From Cladosporium halotolerans (lineage: Eukaryota), in contig NW_027191454.1 in NCBI RefSeq assembly GCF_011745625.1, forward strand, positions 992,001-1,056,000: 64,000 bases of DNA, read 5' to 3'. The notes beneath the pieces were generated by a model. That model was not told the DNA's origin, ran no database searches, and worked only from the letters and a program-made list of their open reading frames with translations. Below, one piece after another: positions 1-10,700 of the stretch. Position 1 is the first letter of the stretch; each line of letters begins with the position of its first letter. A program made the position numbers and the translations under genes.

Positions 1-1404
1 CGGCGAATGGAACCCAGACGACGAGAAGTACCAAGTCTCCGCTGCGTGGCAGTCTGGGCTGTCGAACGGTGCTAGAGCCGGCGAGATCATTGGTCTCATA
101 ATTGCGGGTTGGTTCACGGATCGCTATGGTGCGAAGAAGACTACGCTGGGCTTCCTCGTCATGATGATCGCGACGATCTTCGTTCTCTTCTTTGCGCCGA
201 ACGTACAAGTGCTCGTCGCAGGAGAGGTGCTTTGCGGTATCCCCTGGGGTGCTTTCCAGAGTGTGGCCGCGCAGTACGCTTCTGAGGTTGCGCCTGTCAA
301 CCTTCGGCCGTATCTCACGACGTTTATCAACATGTGCTGGGTCATCGGACAGTTCTTCGCGGCGGCTGTGAGCCGTGGATCTGTCGATTACACCGACTCA
401 CGTGCCTACCGCATCCCGTTCGGTGTGCAGTGGCTGTGGCCTGTCTTGATCATCAGTGGTCTCATTTTCGCGCCAGAGTAAGTCGTCACGTGAATCCTTT
501 CAGAGACCAAAGCTAACATGACAGATCACCCTGGTGGTTCGTCCGCAAAAATCGCCGGTCCGACGCTCGCACCTCCCTCCTCCGCCTGACCAGCTCCAAG
601 CAAACAGACTTCAACCCAGACGAAACCATCGCCATGATCGAGCACACCAACGAGATGGAAAAGCTGGCCAAAGAGGGCACTACATACATGGATTGCTTCC
701 GGGGCGTCGACCTGCGCCGCACAGAAGTCGTTGTCGGAATCTGGACCGTCCAGACGCTCGGCGGCCAGAATCTCATGGGCTTCTTCTCCTACTTCCTCAC
801 CCAGGCCGGTATGGACACCCGCAATTCCTTCTCGCTCTCCATGGCCAACTCGGCCCTCGGCATCATCGGCACCGCCGGCTCCTGGTTCTTGATGTCCAAA
901 GTCGGCCGCCGCAAGATCCACTTCGGCGGTCTCTGCGCTCAGTTCCTGCTGCTCATCATCGTCGGCAGCTTGTCGTTCGCCGGCACTAATGCGTCGTTGT
1001 GGGCCATCGGAGGCGTGCTCATTGTCTTCACGTTCACGTACGACTTCACCGTCGGGCCCGTGACCTACTCGCTGGTCTCGGAACTGTCTTCGACGCGCCT
1101 GAAGGCCAAGACCATCGTGCTCGCTCGCGCCGCGTACAACGCCAGCAACATCTTCGTCAACGTCATGACCAACTACCAGCTGTCTTCGACGGCTTGGGAT
1201 TGGGGCGCGCGCACCGCTTTCTTCTGGGCGGGCACCTGTCTGCTGTCCTGCATTTGGGTTTACTTCCGTCTTCCTGAGCCCAAGGGACGCACGTATGCGG
1301 AGCTGGACATGCTGTTCGAGAAGCGTGTGCCTGCGAGGCGCTTTGCGAAGACGGAGGTCGATCCGTTCACGGCCGAGGCTACGGGCGGGAAGAGTGTTGA
1401 GTGA
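1..1404 (+). CDS. MFS sugar porter, maltose/alpha-glucoside:H+ symporter type (5'-truncated); intron 478..524
   Basis: Frame is open from base 2 (YQVSAAWQSGLSNG). Motifs YASEVAP..LR, AYRIPFGVQW, PE/SPWWFVRK across a GTAAGT..GCTAAC..ACAG intron, VSELSSTRLKAKT, LPEPKGRTYAELD.LF are typical of MAL11/MAL31-type permeases. Confidence 0.92.
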
Positions 1405-1468
1405 AGGACGACGTGGTTTGTCGGTAGTACTATATCCATTCGCAATTCTTGTTCAATATTAGAAACTT

Positions 1469-2890
1469 TCATTGCATCGTCATCGGCGGCCGTGTAGCCA
1501 AGCTCGGTATCGTCTGCTGGATGTGTCTTTCAAGAAGATCGTCGTAGATCGTGTCTCCGCTCGGCGACTTTTGAATCAGAGCTCGCAGGTATGAGAGGTC
1601 ATTGACCGGTAATGAACCGACGACGACTCCGTTCTTACTCGTGGTTGTGATGGGTATGCGCGCCAGGACGTCGACGAGAGCCGAGGCTATGTCAAACAAT
1701 TTCTCCGTCATCCCGACTCCATGGACCTTGAAACTCGAAGCAGGCAGGTCACGAGTGGACAGCATGAGCTCTTTGGCTATGTCGATTGGATAGCGGAAGG
1801 TGACGCTGTGTTGGTATGATTCTTCCACGAGGTGGCCGAGACGCAGTCGCAATTTCCAAATTACCACGCGTAGCCATAGCTGGGTGACTCTGAGATTGGC
1901 TTTTTGTGTGTCCTGGAGGTCCAGATCCTGGCTCAAAGCTGAATTGATTTGAGTTTCGACGTGGCTGATGTGTTCTGGTGATGGCCCGAAAGGCATGGCT
2001 TCTTGGTTTAATAGTGCAATGAAGGATGTGTCCAGTGGGCGGAAAAGGGCGGCAAGGCTCCTGAAGCCGAGCAAAGTTGGGTCATGCAGGTCGAAGCTTG
2101 GTGTGTCATTTGTAATCTGTAAGGTAGTTGGGCGCTTGTAGCGTATTGCGTGTGACCTCTCAGAAATGAGAAGTATCCAGAACAGGCGATTTGAGACCAG
2201 CCGCTCTGTGTCGTCCCCTTCCCTGCATTGGTAAAGTATAAGCATGGTCGTGCTTTCTCGCAGGAATCGAAATGCTCGACTGTGATGCGACAGCCTTGCT
2301 TCGCAGGCGTAGAGAAAGAAAGTGAAAAGACATAGCTCGAAGCTCACGAGCGGCTGGCGGGACAAACATTGCCAGGCAGAGACTGCGGTGTCCAGCAATA
2401 CGCGGCCGAAGGCATTATTCTTTTCTGGAATGATGCCTTGATAGAATAGGTCTTCAGGTTCCTCTGTCTGTAGAAGGACCTGGCAACACATTCCTACGAG
2501 GATACATAGCGCTTCCAGTCCGTTTTCGGGAGAAGAGCTCGCAGAACGCAACCTGGCCACGTAGTCGACAGTCAAGATGGGGATGGTCGGATACAGACGT
2601 TCGAAGAATCTTTGCGTGCAATAGTCAATGACTCGAGTGGACAAGAGGTGCGTCAGGCGTTGATGAATGGCCACGACGCTTCTAATCTCGAGATCCGGTG
2701 CCGTGACCGTAGCGCCGAGCTTGTCCGACGTCCCTAATTGACACAAGTGGCCCATATTGGCGTCGATACAGCGCTGACAAGGCCTGTATTCGCTGCATCC
2801 TCGCCGCAGCTTCTTGCATCTCTCGCATGCTCGTGGGACCTGAAGCCGCTTGGCCGGAGGCGTCTGGCCCGAGGCCTCGGACGGTTGCAT
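1469..2890 (-). CDS. Zn(II)2Cys6 transcription factor, MalR/AmyR-like
   Basis: CERCKKLRRGCSEYRPCQRCIDANMGHLC binuclear cluster, fungal TF middle region (RLFWILLISERSHA), and C-terminal QKANLRVTQLWLR..HGVGMTEKLFDIA as in MAL-activator-like proteins. It lies tail-to-tail with the permease. Confidence 0.88.
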   Translation of the reverse strand: MQPSEASGQTPPAKRLQVPRACERCKKLRRGCSEYRPCQRCIDANMGHLCQLGTSDKLGATVTAPDLEIRSVVAIHQRLTHLLSTRVIDYCTQRFFERLYPTIPILTVDYVARLRSASSSPENGLEALCILVGMCCQVLLQTEEPEDLFYQGIIPEKNNAFGRVLLDTAVSAWQCLSRQPLVSFELCLFTFFLYACEARLSHHSRAFRFLRESTTMLILYQCREGDDTERLVSNRLFWILLISERSHAIRYKRPTTLQITNDTPSFDLHDPTLLGFRSLAALFRPLDTSFIALLNQEAMPFGPSPEHISHVETQINSALSQDLDLQDTQKANLRVTQLWLRVVIWKLRLRLGHLVEESYQHSVTFRYPIDIAKELMLSTRDLPASSFKVHGVGMTEKLFDIASALVDVLARIPITTTSKNGVVVGSLPVNDLSYLRALIQKSPSGDTIYDDLLERHIQQTIPSLATRPPMTMQ

Positions 2891-2948
2891 GTCAGGTTCA
2901 ATCTGCGACGCGCGGAACGGAATTATGCTTGTATAGTAGGATAAAGAT

Positions 2949-2962
2949 CGGTGTATGTCCGG
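2949..2962. promoter_or_regulatory. CGG-N8-CGG direct repeat (AmyR-type Zn2Cys6 site)
   Basis: CGGTGTATGTCCGG about 60 bp upstream of the regulator's ATG. Confidence 0.35.
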
Positions 2963-2997
2963 TCAAAGGCAGAGGGCCACTATACGAAAGTGCCCAA

Positions 2998-3004
2998 GGC
3001 TAAA
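2998..3004 (+). promoter_or_regulatory. XlnR/Xyr1-type site GGCTAAA
   Basis: Exact consensus in the divergent promoter shared by the TF and the GH10 gene; short motif that can occur by chance. Confidence 0.3.
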
Positions 3005-3801
3005 TCCGGTACAGTACTCACCAGGGGATGAGCCTCGGTACGTATCTTGGCATGTTCCTACGACATCGCCTGATGTGCGGGCGCTCAACGTTGTGAGAGT
3101 ACAGTAGTGATACTACCATGCCATGACGTGTACTTGAATGCGAAAACATCCAAAGAATGACAGTTTAGTCAGTTATGCATCCATACCCTGGCGGCCGCAG
3201 TCAACGCAAGGTCGGGCCAGCGTCCAGATGCAGTGGCCCGAGGCCCGCCCGACAGCTCGCGCACAACCCAACTTTCGACCTCCAACCAGCCAGCCTGCAC
3301 GACCAGCGTTTCAAGCGATCCCAAATCTTGCCTTTGCTCTGAAGCTAAGCACTAGAAGCTTGTGGCCATGAGACGTTCGTTCTGACTGGACATGCTTGCC
3401 ATGCCCTTAATGTCGCCATTTTTAAGCGACCCGTTTCAGCCTGACAGTTGGGGCAAACCGCCTCCCCGCCCGTTCATCAACTTCACGCCGCTACACTCGC
3501 TCAATGCGTCCGAGCGCGCGTCTGGCCTGATGGATCTTTGCTGTCACGATGCCTGCCATCGCCGTACTCCTTCGGCTTCCCACCGCGAATTGGCGAAGAT
3601 GATCGCCCACGCGTTTCACTAAGCATCGGCCCCAGCGAGGGCAGGTAGGGTACAAGAGGGCTTCTTCTCGCTCTTAGCATTGCTTGTTCTCTCCATCAAG
3701 CTTTCTTCTCTTGTGCAAGCGACTGGTATCGCCTTGTTTCATTGGTTCTCTGCCGATACGTTCATTCATTCGCTCATTCCGTTCCTTCAAATCTCATCAA
3801 T

Positions 3802-5215
3802 ATGCGTTCCGATCTCTTCGCTCTGACCGCCGCAGTCGCCGGCTGCGCTGCTGCTGCTCCTGTTGCCCAGCCGCAATGGCAATGGGGTTCCTGGGGTAGC
3901 AATGGCGGCTGGGGCCAGGCCCCCCCTGCTGGGCCCTCTGGTGGTGCTTCTGGTTCTACTGGCGCGGCCGCTCCCATGGTCTCTCCTCCCTTCCCGTCCG
4001 GCACTGGTGTCGCCGCGCCCACCGGCACGGGTGTTGCGCCTATTGGTACTGGTGCTGCCGGTACTGGAGTCGCTCCGGTCCGCGCTGCTGCCACTGGCAC
4101 TAGCTCCCAGGCGTCCGGCTCTGGCAAGACCGGCGAATCCACCGACGACAACGGCCTGAATGCTCTGTTCGTCGCCAAAGGCAAGGAGTACTTCGGTACC
4201 TGTGCCGACCCGGGCACTCTGAGCTCGTCTCAGACCTCCGATATCATCAAGAAAGACTTCGGCCAGATCACCCCGGAGAACAGCATGAAGTGGGATGCTA
4301 CTGAGGCCACTAAGGGCCAGTTCACCTTCGACACGGCTGATCAGACCGCGGACTTCGCTTCCGAGAACGGCAAGATGCTCCGCTGCCACACTCTCGTCTG
4401 GCACTCTCAGCTCCCCTCTTGGGTTGAGGGTATTACCGACAAGACCGAGCTCACTGAGGTCATCGAGAACCACGTCACTGAGGTCGCTGGCCACTTCAAG
4501 GGCAAGTGCTTCGCTTGGGTAAGTGGACCGGTCTACCTCGCCGTCACATTATGATCAAGTCACTAACAAATTGTACAGGACGTCGTCAACGAGATCTTCG
4601 CTGAGGACGGCACCCTCCGCGACTCTGTCTTCTCCCGCGTCCTTGGAGAGGACTTCGTCAGCATTGCTTTCAACGCCGCCAAGAAGGCCGCTCCGGACGC
4701 GAAGCTCTACATCAACGACTACAACCTTGACTCCGCCTCCTACCCCAAGCTTACCGGTCTGGCCTCCAAGGTCAAGGAGTGGATCGCGGCTGGCGTTCCC
4801 ATCGATGGTAGCATTACACGTCAAACACACACATTTGTACTTTTGCTGACAACATCACAGGCATTGGCTCCCAGTCTCACTTGTCTGACGCCAGCGGCAC
4901 CCCCGATGCCCTGAAGGCTCTCGCCGCCGTTGCCCCTGAGGTTGCCATCACCGAGCTCGACATCGCTGGCGCTTCTGCCGAGGACTACAAGACCGTTGTC
5001 CAGGCCTGCCTTGACCTCGACAACTGCGTTGGTATCACTGAGTGGTATGTCATTTTCAAAGCTCCCGAATAAAAGAGAACGAATCGCTGACTTATTTCCG
5101 CAGGGGTGTCTCCGACTCCCAGTCGTGGAGGGCCGATTCCAGCCCCGTCCTGTTCGACCAGAGCTTCCAGCCCAAGGAGGCCTACACTTCCCTCGTCAGC
5201 CTCCTCCAGGGTTAA
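3802..5215 (+). CDS. Secreted GH10 endo-1,4-beta-xylanase; exons 3802-4518, 4579-4807, 4861-5044, 5104-5215
   Basis: Signal peptide [18 protein letters not shown]; motifs [32 protein letters not shown] (acid/base), [28 protein letters not shown] (nucleophile); three canonical introns restore the frame. Confidence 0.96.
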
Positions 5216-5495
5216 ATTGTGACATTTGAGAAGAACACAGACGCCGTGCACGCATTACTTGAGCAAAAATGTGACGGACGAAAAGCCAAAACGGCAGAAC
5301 CATTTTATTCCCCAGATACAGTAGCAAAGATAGACAAATAACAGAGTCTGGTACTCGATTGCTCATCTTTGACATTCAATCCAAATAGTTCGTGGTTGTT
5401 TCATCCATTGCACCATCGGTGTTCTCAATACTACAGGTATTTTCCGCAGGCGATCAACGATCCACAGATCTCGGACTCTCAATACACCTGCTCGC

Positions 5496-5502
5496 TTTAG
5501 CC
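5496..5502 (-). promoter_or_regulatory. XlnR/Xyr1-type site (TTTAGCC = GGCTAAA on minus)
   Basis: Exact consensus about 265 bp upstream of the GH43 ATG; SYGGRG CreA-like hexamers nearby on the minus strand (5532-5537, 5628-5633). Confidence 0.4.
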
Positions 5503-5767
5503 TGAATTTTATCAACCCAGCAACATACCATCCCCGCACAACCTCAACTTTGTTCGCTCTACCCCACAACTCCAACACCGTTGCTGATTGATCATGACGA
5601 TGCGGCACGGCGATCCAGCCTGGGCGTCTCCGCAGATTAATGCACTGCTCAATTGAGAAATGATGAAATTGAAGGCGGTCGAATGGATTCAGACCAGATC
5701 CCGCATGGTAGACTTATAGTTTCGACGTCGCACCTCGTTCTCACCTGAGTGGATGATCCATCCGATC

Positions 5768-7585
5768 ATGAAGGTACAGACATTGCTCACGGTTTTGGCC
5801 GCTGTCTTTCCACTCAGCAGCTTTGGCCAGAACGTTTCAACGTTCCACAATCCAATTCTCACCGGCTTCCACCCTGACCCAACCTGCGTTTTCGTGTCGG
5901 AGCTCGACAACACATTCTTCTGCACGTTCTCTAGCTTCCTCACCTTCCCCGGTTTGCCTGTCTACGCGAGCCGTGACTTGATCAATTGGAAGTTGATCTC
6001 GAACGCTCTCAGCCGACCAGACCAGGTGCCGGCACTAGCTTTCCTACCTCGAGGTGCCACCAGTGGTATCTATGCACCGACTCTGCGCTTTCGCGATGGA
6101 AAGTTCTACATCTTCACCACCCTCGCCAACCAGGCACTTTACAACGACAACTATACGCGATGGGACAACTTCATCATGACGACCGAAGATCCGTACCAGT
6201 CTTCGAAATGGTCAGATCCGGTGCATTTCGACTTCCCGGGGATCGATCCTTCACCTTTCTGGGACGATGATGGTCAAACGTACATCACTGGATCGATCGA
6301 TGGCAAAGCCATCCTCCAAGCACCTCTTGCCTTCGAAACTGGCGAGGTCCTTGGTCCGCTGATTGACATTTGGAACGGAACTGGCTTGCCTTCGCCCGAA
6401 GCACCACACATGTACAAGAAAGACGGCTGGTACTACCTGTTGACAGCTGAAGGCGGCACCCGCGAACGCCATCGATCAATCTTCGCTCGCTCCCGCGACT
6501 TGTATGGCCCGTACGAAGGAGATCCCAACAACCCAGTCTTGAGCAGCTACCTCAGCGACTCCTATTTCCAAGCCGTCGGCCACTCCGACATCTTCCAAGA
6601 CCAGCACGGCCAATACTGGGCGATCGCCTTGTCAGTCCGCGCCGGCTACTCCTACAACTTCGACCCTTACAATTCAATCTTCCCCATGGGCCGCGAAGCC
6701 GTCCTAACGCCCGTCCAATGGCCCGAAAACTCATGGCCCACCTTCCAAAACGTCTCCGGCCTCATGACCGGCGCCTTCACCCTACCCCTTCCCCCATCCC
6801 CGTCCACCGTCCCCTCAGAAGGCTCCGGCCCCCTCAACGGCGCAAACGACACCATCAACTTCGAACCCGGCTCCCAGCTCCCCGCCCACCTCTTCCACTG
6901 GCGCCTCCCCAAACAATCGAGCTACGCCATCTCCCCCGCCGGCCACGAAAACAGCCTCAGACTCACCTCCTCCGTCCTCAACCTCACCAGCTTCGACGGC
7001 GACTCGACCCGCGGCCAGCCGCAGACGTTCCTCGCGCGCCGCCAGGAGCACTCGCGCTTCCGCTTCGGCGTCGACGTCGAGTGGGCCGGGCTCCTGACGC
7101 GCGAGGGCAACGAAGTCGGCGTTACGGCGCTGCAGGGCCAGGCGCAGCATTTCGACCTCAGCGTGGCGATGCTCAAGGCGAACGGCTCGGATGAGTTGGC
7201 GCCGCATATCAGGTTCCGGGGCATCAGCACGACGACGTACCGGCTGCCGGAGCGGTTCAAGTACGTCGACGAGGCGTGGGCGCTGCCGGAAGCGCTGCAG
7301 GGGGAGAAAGTGAGGTTGATGGTTGAGGCGGTGAATACGACGCATTATGCTTTTTCGGCGGGGCTGGGGGGCTGTGAGGAGGAGTCGGAGATGAAGGTGT
7401 ATGGATATGCGAGGGGGAATTATTTGATTCCGTATTATTCTGGCGTTGTTGTGGGGGCGTATGCGACGAGTAATGGGAGGTTTGGGGAGGGAGCGTTCGA
7501 CGCGTATGTTTCGAGGTGGAGGTATGAGGGGCTTGAGCAGGTCAGGGAGTTCCCTGAGGACCAGCAGGAGGTTTACTGGGACTAA
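5768..7585 (+). CDS. Secreted GH43 beta-xylosidase/alpha-L-arabinofuranosidase with C-terminal beta-sandwich
   Basis: Signal peptide MKVQTLLTVLAAVFPLSSFG; NPILTGFHPDP, GIYAPTLR, GIDPSPFWDDDG, PEAPHMYKKDGWYYLLTAEGGT, VGHSD; intronless. Confidence 0.95.
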   Translation: MKVQTLLTVLAAVFPLSSFGQNVSTFHNPILTGFHPDPTCVFVSELDNTFFCTFSSFLTFPGLPVYASRDLINWKLISNALSRPDQVPALAFLPRGATSGIYAPTLRFRDGKFYIFTTLANQALYNDNYTRWDNFIMTTEDPYQSSKWSDPVHFDFPGIDPSPFWDDDGQTYITGSIDGKAILQAPLAFETGEVLGPLIDIWNGTGLPSPEAPHMYKKDGWYYLLTAEGGTRERHRSIFARSRDLYGPYEGDPNNPVLSSYLSDSYFQAVGHSDIFQDQHGQYWAIALSVRAGYSYNFDPYNSIFPMGREAVLTPVQWPENSWPTFQNVSGLMTGAFTLPLPPSPSTVPSEGSGPLNGANDTINFEPGSQLPAHLFHWRLPKQSSYAISPAGHENSLRLTSSVLNLTSFDGDSTRGQPQTFLARRQEHSRFRFGVDVEWAGLLTREGNEVGVTALQGQAQHFDLSVAMLKANGSDELAPHIRFRGISTTTYRLPERFKYVDEAWALPEALQGEKVRLMVEAVNTTHYAFSAGLGGCEEESEMKVYGYARGNYLIPYYSGVVVGAYATSNGRFGEGAFDAYVSRWRYEGLEQVREFPEDQQEVYWD

Positions 7586-7783
7586 GAGATCGGTTGACGA
7601 GAAGGTCCACACGAGTGAACCGTGATGATCTGATGTCGAAAAGGTATGGGTATATATATTTACATCAAATCATCATGTCATGCCCCAATGCAAATGCGCA
7701 GTCCTCGAAAATGGGCCGATCCAATTGCAAAAACAAAGCAAAAAGCCTTAACTCAAGGGAAAACATGCAGCCCACTCACAGCA

Positions 7784-10700
7784 TCAAGCCTTGTCCATCG
7801 TCTCCCTCCTCACAACCCCAAACCCCCGACTCAGCATATCCTGCACCTCAGCGCTCTGCCGCGGCGTACTGTGTTCCTCGCCGACGACAGCCTGCTCCCG
7901 CTGCTCAACCCCATCCTTTCCAGAGCTCATCACTCGCGGCTGAGCAAGCAGCTCGCCAACTTCCTCCTCTCTCTTCTTCTGCTCCGCGGCGTCCTGGACC
8001 TCCACGTCCCCATCCCGCTTCCAGCCCTCCTGCAGCCACGTCGCACTGGACTCCTCAAAGCGTCGCTTAACATCTGCGTCCTTCTCGAGCGCCTGGAAGA
8101 CCTCGACGTCCGTCGGCTTCCACGCGGTTTTCACAGCGCGCACGACAATCTCGAACAGCAAGACGGACGAGACGGACAGGACGACAACCAGCCACCAGAG
8201 GACGTTGCGCCCAAACTTCTCCAGAAACCCGTCGCGCACGAAGTAGATGACGTTGTCAGTATAGGTCTGCGACAGGATAATATTCCACAAGAACCAGCCG
8301 CCGATGGACAGCACGCAGGCGATCACCGTGGTGACGCTGTGGTTGTGCATCTCGAGGACCTGCAGCTTGAGCACGATGACGACAACGCAGACGGTGAACG
8401 TCAAGTCGCCCATGGCGAAGAGGCTGTTGTCGCGCGTGAAGGCCACGTGCCCGAACAGGCCGAACATGGTGAAGTAGACGACCATGGCCTCGCAGATGGC
8501 CATGAGCATCCAGGCGGCGAAGACGGTGAAGTTGAAGCCCGCGCCGCGCTGGCCTTTGGTGTAGAGCTCCGGGGCGGCGATAAGGGTTGCGGGCGAGAGG
8601 TCTTTTTCGAAGATGCCGAGGAAGATGACGGGGAGGGAGGTGAAGAGGGTGTTGAACATACTCAGACTCCAGGATTCGTAGAGAGATGTTCCTGTGTATC
8701 CGGCCCAGCGCTGGTAGAGGGCCTGTGTGAGGTAGAAGAGCATTTCCTTCCAGAAGGTGCCGACGGTGTATTTGCACGTGCGGACATAGTTCCACCGGCC
8801 ATGGACGAGCAGTAGCTTGACAAGGAAGCGAAATTGTGCGATGCTGTAGTCGGAGACGCGAGCGGCTTGCAAGCCCTCCTTGCCGGTGATGCCGATGCCT
8901 ACGTGCGCTTCCTGGATCATGGCAATGTCGTTCGCTCCGTCTCCGATGGCCAGCGTCACGCTACCACCGACGCGTTTGCGAATGGAGTGTACGAGGCTTG
9001 CTTTCTGTGACGGTGAAGCACGGCAACAGATGACGGAGTCTGCGAGAATGGCGAGCTCTAAGAATAGAGTGTTCGACGCATCGCAGGCTGTGATCGTGCT
9101 CAATGTCTGTCCGTCAACTACGACGACCGAGTGCGCGACCGATCCGGTTTGAATTTTAGACACGGCAGCGGTGACGGCGTGGTCGACATTTCCAGCTTCG
9201 TGATCGAGCACCGTCACAGACGAGTAGTCCTTGATCAAGCGGCAAGAATGTCCGATGTTGATGGCAGTCTCACGCTTGTCTCCGGTCAGCATCCACATCT
9301 TGATCTCGGCCCTGCGCAGCCGCTCGATGGTTTCCGGCACGCCTCTTTGCAATTTGTCTTCGATGGCAGTAGCACCTCCGAGCTCGAGCTGTTGCTCAAT
9401 TAGCTCGCCGGCTTTCTCGATGAGATCTGACCGGTTGACAAGCGAAGTAGTGGCGGCGTGGTAGATTTTCTTCCAATCTTGGTACTCAACCTCATCCAGA
9501 AACCGATGGCCATAGAGAAGTGTGCGGAGTCCTTCGGTTGCGAAGTCGTTCACATGCTGGAAGCACCGTTCGATGGTCGCGGGCTCATTAGCGACGAGAC
9601 TTTCCTCAACAAGCTCCTCGTCCCCCCGTTGTGCCTGGATGGAACCGCGGTGCTCTACATCCGCAAACGATGATCGCGCGCTGAACTGTGCCGACGGCCT
9701 AGGGGTATAATAAGGGGAATTCGCAGAAGCCACCTCGACATCAACATCGTGCTCCCGCTCCCTCAGCCAGCTATCAACCTCTTGCCTGACCGACGACTTC
9801 CTCCCAAAAGACAACCTGCCATGGCTCACAGAAGAGCTCCTCCTGGTCAAACCGGCAATACTGCCCGAGCGCTCGACCTGCTCGCTCTTGCGCGCCATCG
9901 CCTGGTGCGCCTCGACGCTCTTGCGCTCGCTCGCGCGCTTCTCGATCTCGATGACCTTCTGGCTCGCCAGCGCGGCGAGCCGCAGCCGCTCCATGATGAC
10001 GGAGTCGGCGCCCTTGCACAGCACGCAGACGCGGTTGTCCGGGAAGCGCACGATGACGGACATGCGCTTGCGCTTGCTGGAGAACTCGATCACGTCCACG
10101 ATGGTGTAGTCTTCAAGGACGGGCTCGGCGGCGAGGCCGTTGGGGAAGGTCTTGAGGGTGAGCTGGGCGCCGTTGCGCTCGTAGGCGAGGTAGCCAAGTT
10201 CTTGGGCTGCTCGAACAAGAGCGAGCTCGTCTGGCGAGGATGCTTGGAATGTTACTTCGCCGGAGTCGGAGCGCTCTGGTAGGCAAGTGTGGCACAGGGC
10301 GATGGATAGGATGAGCATTTTGGCCTTCTTTGCAAACATGGTGTGTGGTCGCCTTTGGATGTAGCGCAGCATCTCCATGGTGTTCATTTCAGACTGTCCC
10401 GCAGATGGTACTGTATGCGGCAGTTGAGTGTCGGCAGGCTCAATGTCATGTGCAGCGTCTTCAAGCGGCGCATAAGATTGCTTCCGGGAGCCCATCGACA
10501 TCCTCAAAGTACGAATAGGCTTCTTCCCCTTATCCTGGGCGATGCTCTTTCGCTTGCGAGCCGGTTTGTCTCCGTTGCCATTTGTCTGGCCTTGAAGATC
10601 CACATCGTGAGTCCACGCTGTACCCGCGACACTCATCTTGCGAAACCGCATGACGTTCTCCGTCAACGTGCCGGTCTTGTCGCTGAATATATAGCTCACT

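Noticed and set aside
7646..8815. Long antisense ORFs (also 6815-7612, 13364-14209, 16448-17572, 18328-19362, 49628-50863)
   Set aside because: They mirror real genes on the other strand; GC-rich third positions suppress antisense stops; no protein-like motifs.
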